NCBI RefSeq assembly: GCF_006345805.1
Contig: NC_042997.1
Location: 65,844,001-65,908,000 of the forward strand
From: Octopus sinensis
Lineage: Eukaryota
Direction of reading: 5' to 3'
DNA length: 64,000 nucleotides
The notes under the pieces were generated by a model. It did not search any database and was not told the origin of the DNA. It saw nothing but the letters and a program-made list of their open reading frames with translations. Made by a program: the position numbers and the translations under genes. Shown one piece after another: positions 12,833 to 23,370 of the stretch. Numbering within the stretch: position 1 is the first letter of the stretch; every line of letters starts with the position of its first letter.

Positions 12833-12954
12833 TATATATATATATATATATAAATTCAGGGTGAGTACTTGATAATTGTAAGCACCTGTATATACCGTTT
12901 GGTGGTGTAGGTGGTGGAGTAAATTAATCAAAATAAAAACATGATGCCAAATGA

Positions 12955-13250
12955 TCATATCGACTAGACTAGCAGATATTGTTGTACACCGCTGGTCACA
13001 ATGCTTTTCGCATTGTTATAGATTCGAATGATGTTACCCTGCAGGCTAGGCAAGCAAGCCAACATACCCTTTGAACGGACCGCCAGTCTCTCTCAGGGTT
13101 ACCTATTGACATCTGAGTGAACTTGAGCAACGTCAAAAGAGGTATTTTGCTCGGATAGAACAACGCCGCACCTGTTTATGAATCGAAAAAAAATTATCTT
13201 GGGATCTTCAGTGCAACACCCTAACCACAAGATCATGCACTTTCTTGAGC
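12955..13250 (-). mobile_element. tRNA-derived SINE; homologues at ~22085-22375, ~35812-35912 (partial) and ~42488-42755
   Basis: Shared gctggtcacaatgc...ttcgcattg body and gttactc...acatctgagtgaact segment across four copies. Confidence 0.75.
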
Positions 13251-13399
13251 ACACACACACACACACAGGCACGCACGCACTCACACACACACTCATATGC
13301 GCACATACAAATTTATATGTATGCATATATTAATATATATTCATATATATATGTGTGTGAGTGTGTGTATATATATATATATATATATTATTTTCTAAT

Positions 13400-13790
13400 C
13401 TAGACACAAGGCCCGAAATTTGGGGGGAGGGGTCAGTCAATTAGATCGACCCCAGTACGCAACTGGTACTTAATTTATCGGCCCCGAAAGGATGAAAGGT
13501 AAAGCCGACTTCGGCAGAATTTGAATTGAGAATGTAAAGACAAACGAAATACCTATTTCTTTACTACCCACAAGGGGCTAAACACAGAGGACAAACAAGG
13601 ACAGAAAAACGAATTAAGTCGATTATATCGACCCCAGTGCGTAACTGGTACTTATTTAATCGACCCCGAAAGGATGAAAGGCAAAGTCGACCTCGGCAGA
13701 ATTTGAACTCAGAACGTAGCGGCAGACAAAATTCCGCTAAGCATTTCACCCGACGTGCTAACGTTTCTGCCAGCTCACCACCTTAATAAT
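13400..13790 (-). mobile_element. Composite pair of the most abundant SINE family (gctggcagaa...ttctgagttcaaattc...ctttcatcctttcggggtcga); paralogue at ~22500-22885
   Basis: tRNA-like head with B-box GTTCAAATTC and conserved body cctttcatcctttcggggtcgattaaataagtaccag. More than 25 copies or fragments are in the window. Confidence 0.85.
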
Positions 13791-13830
<40 letters not shown>

Positions 13831-14223
13831 CGTGTGCGTGTGTGTGTGTAATTATATTAAGGGAGCAAGGACGAAAAGAACGACCTATTTCCAACATGCC
13901 AGAAAATGCCAAGATATTCAAATACTAGTGAAAAACTCCGAAAGTGAGCACGGATTGTAGGCGGGCGGGTGAAGAAACATTAAAAAGACTTCACTTTAAT
14001 TGTGAATTGGGTCCAATTTTTAGATTAAAGCCATAAAAACACGCTTTTTCCCTTCGTCAACACAATACACGAGAAATATACAAATAATTATACATACCCG
14101 TACAAAACAAATTCACACGCTTACAATCCGTGTATATTTTTAGAGATTTTCGGTAGTATCTGAATACCTCGGTATTTTTCAAGCATGCTGGTTGTTTTTT
14201 TCGCCCTTGCTCCCTTAATATAG

Positions 14224-14362
<139 letters not shown>

Positions 14363-14455
14363 CTTAATTTAATGTATAAATTACCTATAAATTTTTATTG
14401 TATGCTCACTATCTGATAAAAATCATTAACGTGATTTGATTTTATATTCTAGTAT

Positions 14456-14798
14456 ATGAGGGTGACCCCCTTCGATCATGAATGACCATAGGATTGCACA
14501 TCGAAAGTTACCCTCCGAGGCACGAATCTGGGCACGGCTGTTTATGGAAGACCAGCAGTCGCCCATGCATACCAGCCCCTCTTCTCCACGCCACTGATGT
14601 TATCCAACGGAAAGGCAAAGGACGATACAGCTTGGCACCAGTAACATCGCAATTCATTTCTACAGCTGAGTGAACTTGAAGAACGGGAAGTAAAGTGTCT
14701 TGCTCAAGAAAACAACACGCAATGCGGTCAGGGAATCGGATTCACAACCTCACGATCGTAAGCTCGACGCTATAACCACTGAGCCATACGCCTTCACT
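14456..14798 (-). mobile_element. tRNA-derived SINE (head gaaggcgcatggctcagtggttagag); copies at ~23496-23822 (-) and ~62098-62430 (+)
   Basis: A-box TGGCTCAGTGG, B-box-like TGAATCCGATTCC/GTTCGATTCC, and body cttgagcaagacactttatttcac...ccagttcactcagctg. Confidence 0.85.
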
Positions 14799-14800
14799 AC

Positions 14801-14844
<44 letters not shown>

Positions 14845-15350
14845 ATAGATAGATAGACAGATAGATAGATTATGTATATTTGTGTGTGCATGCGCGTGTG
14901 AATGGATGGACATATATATATTGTTAGCGATCAACTTAAAAGAAAATAGGATAAAGGACAGCGAAGTGATACAAGTCACATGAAACAAAATCAAAAGATG
15001 TACTTAAACAGTAGTGTCCATATATCTGTTATTGATATTGAGATCATGGCGATTTTGGTACTTCAAGAAGCATCTGTATCTCTAGCGATTAGGAATGTCG
15101 CAAGTACAAACACATAACCGTGTTTCAGAATAATACATATGTACTAGAAATAGCTATTAATTCATTTTATATATATTTTAATCTTAACTAAGCCTTTGAA
15201 TATCATTCGATTTATTTCATCATATATATATATATATAAAACTTAGATAAAAACTTAGATATGTTTCGACCAGAGATTGGTCCAGGCCATGTCTAACTTA
15301 ATAGCACCACCTGATAGGATTATTCGAATCCTGTTTAAGTCAAGTTTTGT

Positions 15351-17111
15351 TCAAGTAGTGAGTTCTTGTTGGGTGAGTTGTATCCAGTTTTGTTCAAGTA
15401 GTGAGTTCTTGTTGGGTGAGTTGTATCCAATTATGGGTGGCTTATCTGGTATTCTTTGAAGGAATCTATCCAGACTCTGTTTGAAGTTGATGGGATCCTT
15501 TTCCTCTTTGATCTCCCTCGGGACAATGTTAAATAGGGCAGGGCCTGTTGAGGAAAAGAAATTATGTTGCAGTGTACATGTATGTTGTGATCTTGAATTT
15601 GGCAGGGGACGTATAGCCCGTGGTCCAAGTCTCGGATGAACCTTGAAGCTAATGTTTAGGTCGTTTGGGCAAAGTTGGCGGTATATTTTCCACATCGTAC
15701 AAATGATGTACCGCTCACGGCGACGCTGGAGGGAGTAAAGTTTGAAGGCTTTAAGGCGATCCCAATAATCGAGAGCAGCCATGCCTTCAATTTGTTTAGT
15801 GAGAGCCCTCTGGGGTGACTCAATTCTGGAGATGTTTTGTCTTGTGTGAGGAGACCACAGTGGGCAGCAGTATTCAAGGTGTGGCCGTACAAAGGATGAA
15901 AAAAGTGGTATGATGACACCTTGCTCTCTGGACCGGAAAGTTCTTAAGATCCAGGAACTCATCCTACGAGCTGTATCGACCTTCTTGTTGATGTGTGCAC
16001 TCCAACTGAGATCGTCATCAACAATTACACCCAGGTCTCTGATATTGTTAGAGGCTGTGAGCGGTTCCCCTGAAGGAAGAGAGTATGGTTGTTTTAGTGA
16101 GGAATTTTTTCCAAAATGCATCAGCTCAAATTTTCCCTCATTCAGCTGCATTTTGTTTCTGTCTGCCCATTGACTCACAGCATATAGGTCAGACTGGAGT
16201 TGAGTTCGGTCTGCTTCTTCATTGACGATTTGCTGGAGCTTAGTGTCATCAGCGAATATTTTTACTTTGCAGTGATGTACGACACTGGAAAGGTCGTTTA
16301 CATAAATTATGAAGAGTAGCGGACCCAAAACAGTTCCCTGGGGAACACCGCTGGTGACTTTTGCTGGGTTTGAGTGGACTCCATCAACTACAACATGTTG
16401 TATTCTATTCGCTAGGAAATACTGAATCCAGTGTAGAACTTTTCCACGGATTCCAATATTTGCCAATTTCGAGAGTAGGATGTTATGGTCTACCCTGTCG
16501 AACGCTTTACTGAAGTCAAGGTATATGACGTCAGAGTTCGAACCTGTTCCCAAGGCTTTGAGTACATCTTCAATGTGGTGTAAGAGCTGTGTTAGACAGT
16601 CCCTGCCACAGCGAAAGCCATGCTGATTTGAATTTAGGAGTTTGTGGGTCTCCAGGAAGTCAGCTATCCTTGATCTTAACACTCTTTCAAACACTTTAAT
16701 GATGTGGGAGGTGAGTGAGATTGGGCGATAGTTGACTGCGAGGGATCTGTTTCCCTGTTTGAAAACCGGGATGACCGACTGGGATAGAAACTTTTTCGGT
16801 ATATAACCTGCGTCTAACGAATTTCTCCAGAGGTTGGTCAGAGGGACTGCAAGTTGATATCTACATTCCTTCAGGAGACTGGCGGGAAATCTATCAGGGC
16901 CTACAGCAGAGTAATGTTTGACCTCATTTATTGCTGCTACGATGTAGGTGGCAGTGAAGGTTATATCTGCGATTTTGTGTTGGGAGTCAGCTTCGTTCGT
17001 TTCCCTCACATCAATATCAGTGGGAGCACTGAAGACAGAGCAATATTGTTTCTGCAGTATTTCTGCCATTTCTTTAGCATCGTGTTGGGGAATGCCGTTT
17101 TCATCAATCAA
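15351..17111 (-). pseudogene. CR1 ORF2, C-terminal part: reverse transcriptase
   Basis: Motifs YRPISLTS, QHGFR, YLDFSKAFDRVDH, SGVPQGTVLGPLLF, FADD, RPHLEYCCPLWSP and LYSLQRRRERY, all typical of CR1-group RTs. Confidence 0.95.
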
Positions 17112-18358
17112 TGGCCAATAGGTGAGACAGTGGTTCTATGCTTATTTGCATAAGAATAGAACACTTTTGGGTTCTGTTTGATGTTTTTGATTACCCATTG
17201 TTCCTCCACAGCTCTTTGATTTTCAATGGAGGTTTTCATGTTAGTCTGCAGATGAAGTTTTTCCAGCTCTAGTCTTTTCATTGTTGTTGAATGTGGATGT
17301 TGCGTGTGGGAATATTTTAATTGGTTGATTTTTTTGTTGAGTCTTTTGATGCGCCTGATGAGTGTTTTTTTCTTTTTAGGGAGCCGGTTTCTGTTTGTGT
17401 TAGTAGATTTCTTGGGAGCGTGTTTAGAGCATGTGTCGGTGACAATGGTTTCAAAGTGCTGCCACGCGGTCTCAATATGAGGGGAATTGAGAGTAAAAGA
17501 CCAGTCGATGGAAGACAGATCCTTTCTGATTGTTCCCCAGTCCGCTTTGTGGAAATTTATGTTGTCAAATGGGTGCCATGGAGTGGGATTGGCTGGTTTG
17601 GTTTTTATACGTCGGGAATTAAGATTGCAGAGTACCATGTCGTGGTCTGAGAGGAGAGTTTTTTCGACTGAAATGCTGTGAACGTAGCTAGAGTGATTGG
17701 TCAGTACCAGATCCAAGATCGTTTTATTCTGTCTCGTTGGTTCAAGCACTAGCTGAGTCAGGAAATACTCATCCATCAGATTAAAGAGCAGTTCTGCTGC
17801 TGCCCTATCTGATGTAGAGCACTTGCCTAACTTCGGAGTATTTGTGGGCCAGTTCACATGAGGGAGGTTAAAATCACCCATCACTATTATGTTTCCGGAG
17901 TGGTAATTCCGAAGGAAGGACTTGACTTTGCTAAGGCACTCTTCAAAGTACTTTAGAGGTGCCTGGGGAGGCCTGTAAAGACCAACAATGGTTATGTCCT
18001 TGGCTTTGTTGTATACTGATACCGATTCACAGTAGCCATTGGAAAATGTGTCCTTGGCATCAAGTGAAAAGGAGTCATGGATAAAGATGGCTGTCCCTCC
18101 CTTATTTCGGTCTGTGCGATCCGCACGAACAATGGTGAAATCTTTTATTTTCACCTCTGCGTCCATATGGGTGTTGTTCAGGTGAGTCTTGGTAAGGATA
18201 AAGAAAGGGAAGCAATGTGCCATTTCGGCAAGCCAACTCTCTATATATGGGATCTTCCATTTTTGGGCAATAATTGATGGGTTGATGCCACGTACATTTA
18301 ACAGGAATGTCGAGGTAAGGGAAGTTGGTAATGGGTGAGTGGTCCTTGTGATTTGCAT
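17108..18358 (-). pseudogene. CR1 ORF2, N-terminal part: apurinic-like (APE) endonuclease and linker, ending at a frameshift
   Basis: Motifs LNVRG, LTKTH (expected LTETH), YRPP, MGDFNLP, LDLVLTN and SDHDMV. It ends ...SPIGH* where the conserved (I/V)GPL would continue. Confidence 0.92.
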
Positions 18359-19368
18359 AGATGGTTGGTGATGGCTCGCTGGATCTCCTGGCTTAGGTCG
18401 GCCTTCATATTTTCCAGGTATGTCAGTAAAAAAGAGTTACTTGTTTGGTTTGCCACTTGGTCAGAGGATACATATTTCAAGTTGGCGTTATTTGGTGTTT
18501 TTTCCTGGTTCTGTCTACGTAGTTTGATTGTAGGAGGGGAAACGTGGTTGTATTTTGTTCTTGTTGTTGTCCTAGATTTCCTCTGTTCCTGTTCATATCT
18601 ATTCTGTGATCGTTTTGTGCCCTTCAGATGGTGGTTGTTGCATTCTGGGTTCAGGCACATCCTTTGTGAGACAGAAGTTTGGCACAGTTTAGGATGGAAT
18701 AAGGTGCATCCATTGCCTCTTATGCATCCGTATTTAGGGTCAGAACCATAGATTCTGTATTTAGGACAGTATTTGGGGTGGAGGTGGGGGCAATTTTTTC
18801 CTGTTATACCGTATGGACAGGTGCCCATAGCAAGTCTACGACATAAGGTCGGGTGGGGAAAAGCAAAGCGTCCATTTTTGTTTGTGCCGCTGGGGCCAAA
18901 TCTACAAGTGCCTTTAGAATAGTAACGGCAGGGGGTTTTATTTGGTTGTAGTAGTGGTTTTTCTATTTTGGCAGTAGTAGTAGTGGTGGTGGTGGTGGTG
19001 GTGTTATAAGCAGCTTGTTGATTTTGTGATGATGGGTTCTGGCTTGCCAGTATGTGGTCAAATCTGCAGCTGCCTTGAGAGTAGTAGTGGCAGATAGTTT
19101 TACGCGGATGTAGTAGTGATTTTCCTATTGTGGCAGTAGTGGGGAGTTGTAGCAGCATTGGAACTTGACTAGTGGTAGTATTAGAGTGTTGTTGTTGTTG
19201 TTGTTTTTGTTGCTGTAGCGAAGGTGAGACTTGACTTGGTTCATCAGGTGCTGTTGTCAATGGAAGTAGGTCAGTTGATTGTTGCTGTTGAAGTGACCAC
19301 TGACCGGTTGGAATTTGGTCATTTGTTGTACTGAATTCGTTGGCAAGAATGGATTTTAGTGTAGCCAT
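18298..19368 (-). CDS. CR1 ORF1p (356 aa): Q/T-rich N-terminus plus an array of CCCH-type zinc fingers
   Basis: Uninterrupted ATG-initiated ORF. It contains CRRLAMGTCPYGITGKNCPHLH, CPKYRIYGSDPKYGCIRGNGCTLFH and CQTSVSQRMCLNPECNNHH, plus two degenerate fingers (CHYYSQGSCRFDH; CRYYSKGTCRFGPSGTNKNGRFAFPH). It overlaps the ORF2 start by 61 nt. Confidence 0.85.
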   Translation of the reverse strand: MATLKSILANEFSTTNDQIPTGQWSLQQQQSTDLLPLTTAPDEPSQVSPSLQQQKQQQQQHSNTTTSQVPMLLQLPTTATIGKSLLHPRKTICHYYSQGSCRFDHILASQNPSSQNQQAAYNTTTTTTTTTTAKIEKPLLQPNKTPCRYYSKGTCRFGPSGTNKNGRFAFPHPTLCRRLAMGTCPYGITGKNCPHLHPKYCPKYRIYGSDPKYGCIRGNGCTLFHPKLCQTSVSQRMCLNPECNNHHLKGTKRSQNRYEQEQRKSRTTTRTKYNHVSPPTIKLRRQNQEKTPNNANLKYVSSDQVANQTSNSFLLTYLENMKADLSQEIQRAITNHLCKSQGPLTHYQLPLPRHSC

Positions 19369-19538
19369 GTGCGCGTAAAAAATAGGGAATATCCTAACAA
19401 TTTCTTTTAATTTATTTTCTATCTATTTTACAGATCTGTGAAAGGATTTTTTCGTTAAACCCTCAGTTATTTTGCTATAAACATTAGCTTCGTTGTGATG
19501 GATGAACCAAGCGTTAATCATTGCAGTAATATATATAT

Positions 19539-19651
<113 letters not shown>

Positions 19652-21023
19652 TGATATATGTATGATACATACTTATATATAGGATCTATATATATGTATA
19701 TGTAATGTATATATGTATGAATGCCTGGCGAATAAACAACTTGGAATTCTATTTCATAGTTTCTAGATAGTAAGATATCTAGTCAACTAGTCCTTCAAAT
19801 ATATACATGCATACTCACAAACACACACACACACATGTATATATATGTATGCATGTATATATATAGAGAGAGTAAATAACTTAGAACATTAGAAAAGATA
19901 AACCAGAAAATATGATTAATGAAGTAAAAATAGAGGATAATAGAGGAATAGGTAGAAGTAATAATTGCGACACTTGCGAAACGAAAATTATGCCCGTTAA
20001 ATAATTGAATTGCAAAATTAAAATGTGGTTTTCCGGTGCAAAGTAATTTCAGAACAGGTGTATTTCTACATAGGTGCTACTTCTAGTTTTATGAAACGCA
20101 GAATAGCGAATCACGAACTATCGTTTCGGGATAAAAATAGGAAGAATACGATTTGAAGTAAATTTATTTGATCGCTAAAAGATAATTACAGAACAGACAC
20201 AGTTAGCTGTTAAATAACTAGTAGAACTAAACCTTATTACAGCGGAAGAAAACACTGTGAACCTGGTGTTGAGGAAATATACCAAATTTTTACCTCAAAA
20301 TTTAATCTGATAACCAAAGGCAAGAACGCGGTACAAGATGTGTTCATACACCTAAATATACCTTTAAGAAGTTTAAGTAAACGCATCGCACAAACTACTA
20401 GAATTAGAATAAAAAATAAGTAAACTAAAAAACAGGTAATGAACTTGAATTAAGTGAACACCTCGAAAAATAAAAATAGATTGTAAAAACTTTTAAGTTG
20501 AAGAATAAGATTACGTTTAATTATATTAACTATAAGCAAGATATTCAATTTAATATAATAAAACAAAACAATTATAAACCTATAGATTAATAATTATAAA
20601 AAGAAATAATAAGCTAGAAATGTAATTGAATACTTCAAAAAAATAAGAATACTCTTCTAAATTAGAAAAATGGTAAGTTGTCTCTAATACTAAGGAACCC
20701 ACAGGAACTTTGACCTATTTCAAGACTAAACCCAGCAATAAATACCTAACAGGCGGAGGTAATCTTCAGGTAGTAACACCAAAAGATTCCTAAACGATTC
20801 CTATTTGGTCAGTTTCATAGTTTTCTTTAGATGATCTTTCAATGGCAGCAAACAACGAGCCCTGAAGAAGCTGCACCAACAATTAAAACCAAGATGCACA
20901 CATAACAATGTGCAGCGGATGCATCCGAAATGTTGTGTAGGTCCAAGGGAAGAATGCAGCAATAACTGTATAATAAAATATGGATGTGTACACCTCCGTT
21001 CTCCTGGTCGTCATTAATTTCAT

Positions 21024-21057
<34 letters not shown>

Positions 21058-21143
21058 AATATAGGGACCTCGCTTGGCTTAGTCTAATATTTGAAACTGA
21101 ATCCACTCGCTTGTTGCTTGTCTATTACTATTATTATCATTAC

Positions 21144-21192
<49 letters not shown>

Positions 21193-21195
21193 GTT

Positions 21196-21363
21196 CAGTA
21201 GTTTTATTTTTATAGCGTGCCTTGGGTATATGCTGTGTGCCTTGGGTATATGCTGTGATTTGTTGTGATGCTCTGATGGTTATTGTATGGAAAGTGTTCT
21301 GCGTAGGATGTGTGCAGTGCCTAGTAGTGCAATTTTCTGTAAGTTATAAGTGTTTGTAAGTCC
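21196..21363 (-). mobile_element. R4/Dong-like RLE retroelement 3' end, truncated at the duplication junction
   Basis: Encodes GLTNTYNLQKIALLGTAHILRRTLSIQ*, followed by a 3' UTR ending AAAACTACTG and then (AAT)n. Homologous to 26832-27011. Confidence 0.85.
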
Positions 21364-22062
21364 ACACAGTATCAAGGTGTGCGTGTTAGTATGCATTCGC
21401 CATGCGCTAATACAATGAAGGATCAGATTCGCTGTCGTCGTCGTCGTCGTTGTCGCTGTTCTAAACTCCGAAACGTGTGAGGTGCTGCTCTTTAACCACA
21501 AATCTTCGTTTAGGATCCCAGAGAGACGTTATGCCACATCCTTGGCCGGCCACGACTGGAACCTGAAGAACGAAGGGACTCCACATGTAATCATATGGAA
21601 GATCCTAGAAAACCCGGGCCCCTACATCAAAGAGAGCAAACGTTGCAAGCTGTGCATAGCGGGACGGACGAAGACATTAAAGAACTCACTCGATCCAGGA
21701 ACAACTTAATTTCAGGACGGAAGTCTTCGAGCTCTGTCTACACTTAAGGTGATTTCTACTGAAATCCTGGGGCCTGCAAACTGACTGGGTGGATTCCGGA
21801 TAGTGGTCTAAGGGAGATAATCCCTTGCGCTTGACCTTTTTCTTTGTGTGTTCGAAAACTAGCCACAAGGCCTTTTCTTCCTCCAATTTAAAGACAGGCC
21901 ACCGGTCATTAGGGTCTGACGAAACGTATCTAAAGCCAATCGCTTTATGAACGCGAAATCCTGGGTAACCCTATGAGTCGGTCATAACTATATTTCTCTA
22001 AATATTTGACTGCGCTTTAACTTAGAGTGTGCTTCCCTTTCGGATTTATGATTTACTGACGA
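21359..22062 (+). mobile_element. Penelope-like element remnant, duplicate copy
   Basis: ORF 21482..21709 LLFNHKSSFRIPERRYATSLAGHDWNLK...SKRCKLCIA, paralogous to 11899-12595. Confidence 0.8.
21902..21981 (+). ncRNA. PLE-associated type I hammerhead-like ribozyme, slightly degenerate; paralogue at 12435-12509
   Basis: TAGGGT-CTGACGA-A-ACGT.TAAAGC.GCTTTA.ACGC-GAAA-TCCTGGG-TA-ACCCTA. It has a 6-bp stem I extendable with TCA/TGA and CCGG/TCGG, a long stem II, a short stem III and a GUA triplet. The first stem II pair is an A-C mismatch. The 12.4 kb copy also has CTGACAA. Confidence 0.6.
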
Positions 22063-22911
22063 TATATATATATATATATACACAAATGATCATATCGACT
22101 AGACTAGCAGATATTGTTGTACACCGCTGGTCACAATGCCCTTCGCATTGTTATAGATTCGAATGATGTTACCCTGCTGGCTAGGCAAGTAAACCAACAT
22201 ACCCTTTGAACGGACCGCCATTCTCTCTCAGGGTTACCTATTGACATCTGAGTGAACTTGAGAAGTATTTTGCTCGGATAGAACAATGCACCACCTGTTT
22301 GAGAATCGAAAAAAAATTATCTTGGGATCTTCAGTGGAACACCCTAACCACAAGGTCATGCACTTTCTTGAGCACACACACACTCATACTCACGTATGCG
22401 CACATACATATTTATATGTATGCATGTATTAATATATATATTTATATATATATGTGTGAATGTGTGTGTATATATATACATATATATTCTTTACTAATCT
22501 AGACACAAGGCCCGAATTTTGGGGGAAGGGGTCAGTCAATTAGATCGACCCCAGTACGCAACTGGTACTTAATTTATCGGCTATAAGGACGAAAGCTAAA
22601 GTCGACTTCGGCAGAATTTAAATTCAGAGTGCAAAGACAGACGAAATACCTATTTCTTTACTACCCACAAGGGGCTAAACACAGAGAGGACAAACAAGGA
22701 CAGACAAATGGATTAAGTCGATTATATCAACCCCAGTGCGTAACTGGTACTTATTTAATCGACCCCGAAAGGATGAAAGGCAAAGTCGACCTCGGCAGAA
22801 TTTGAACTCAGAACGTAGCGGCAGACGAAATTCCGCTAAGCATTTCACCCGACGTGCTAACGTTTCTGCCAGCTCACCACCTTAATAATTATATATATGT
22901 GTGTGTGTGTG

Positions 22912-22944
<33 letters not shown>

Positions 22945-23339
22945 TGCGTGTGCGTGTGTGTGTGTAACTATATTAAGGAAGCAAGGACGAAAAGAACGAC
23001 CTATTTCCAACATGCCAGAAAATGCCAAGATATTCAAATACTAGCGAAAAACTCCGAAAGTGTGCACGGATTGTAGGCGGGCGGGTGAAGAAACATTAAA
23101 AAGACTTCACTTTAATTGTGAATTGGGTCCAATTTTTAGATTAAAGCCATAAAAACACGCTTTTTCCATTCGTCAACACAATACACGAGAAATATACAAA
23201 TAATTATACATACCCGTACAAAACAAATTCACACGCTTACAATCCGTGTATATTTTTAGAGATTTTCGGTAGTATCTGGATACCTCCGTATTTTTCAAGC
23301 ATGCTGGTTGTTTTTTTCGCTCTTGCTCCCTTAATATAG

Positions 23340-23370
<31 letters not shown>

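Larger units (their letters stand above)
15239..19527 (-). mobile_element. Full-length CR1-clade non-LTR retrotransposon (~4.3 kb) inserted in a (TA)n tract
   Basis: ~160-nt 5' UTR, ORF1, APE-RT ORF2, and a short 3' UTR with stem-loop GACC-aatctct-GGTC and terminal tandem (ATCTAAGTTT)x2. Boundaries are confirmed by the empty site at ~24241-24262 in duplication copy 2. Confidence 0.93.

Noticed and set aside
15255-15295. CR1 3' UTR GACC-aatctct-GGTC-GAAAC resembles half a hammerhead
   Set aside because: There is no CUGANGA core. It is better explained as the RT-recognition stem-loop of CR1 3' ends.
16854-18751. Plus-strand ORFs overlapping the CR1 (e.g. 16854..17153, 17321..17650, 18335..18751)
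   Set aside because: They are antisense to ORF1/ORF2, have no motifs, and such frames are commonly open opposite long coding regions.
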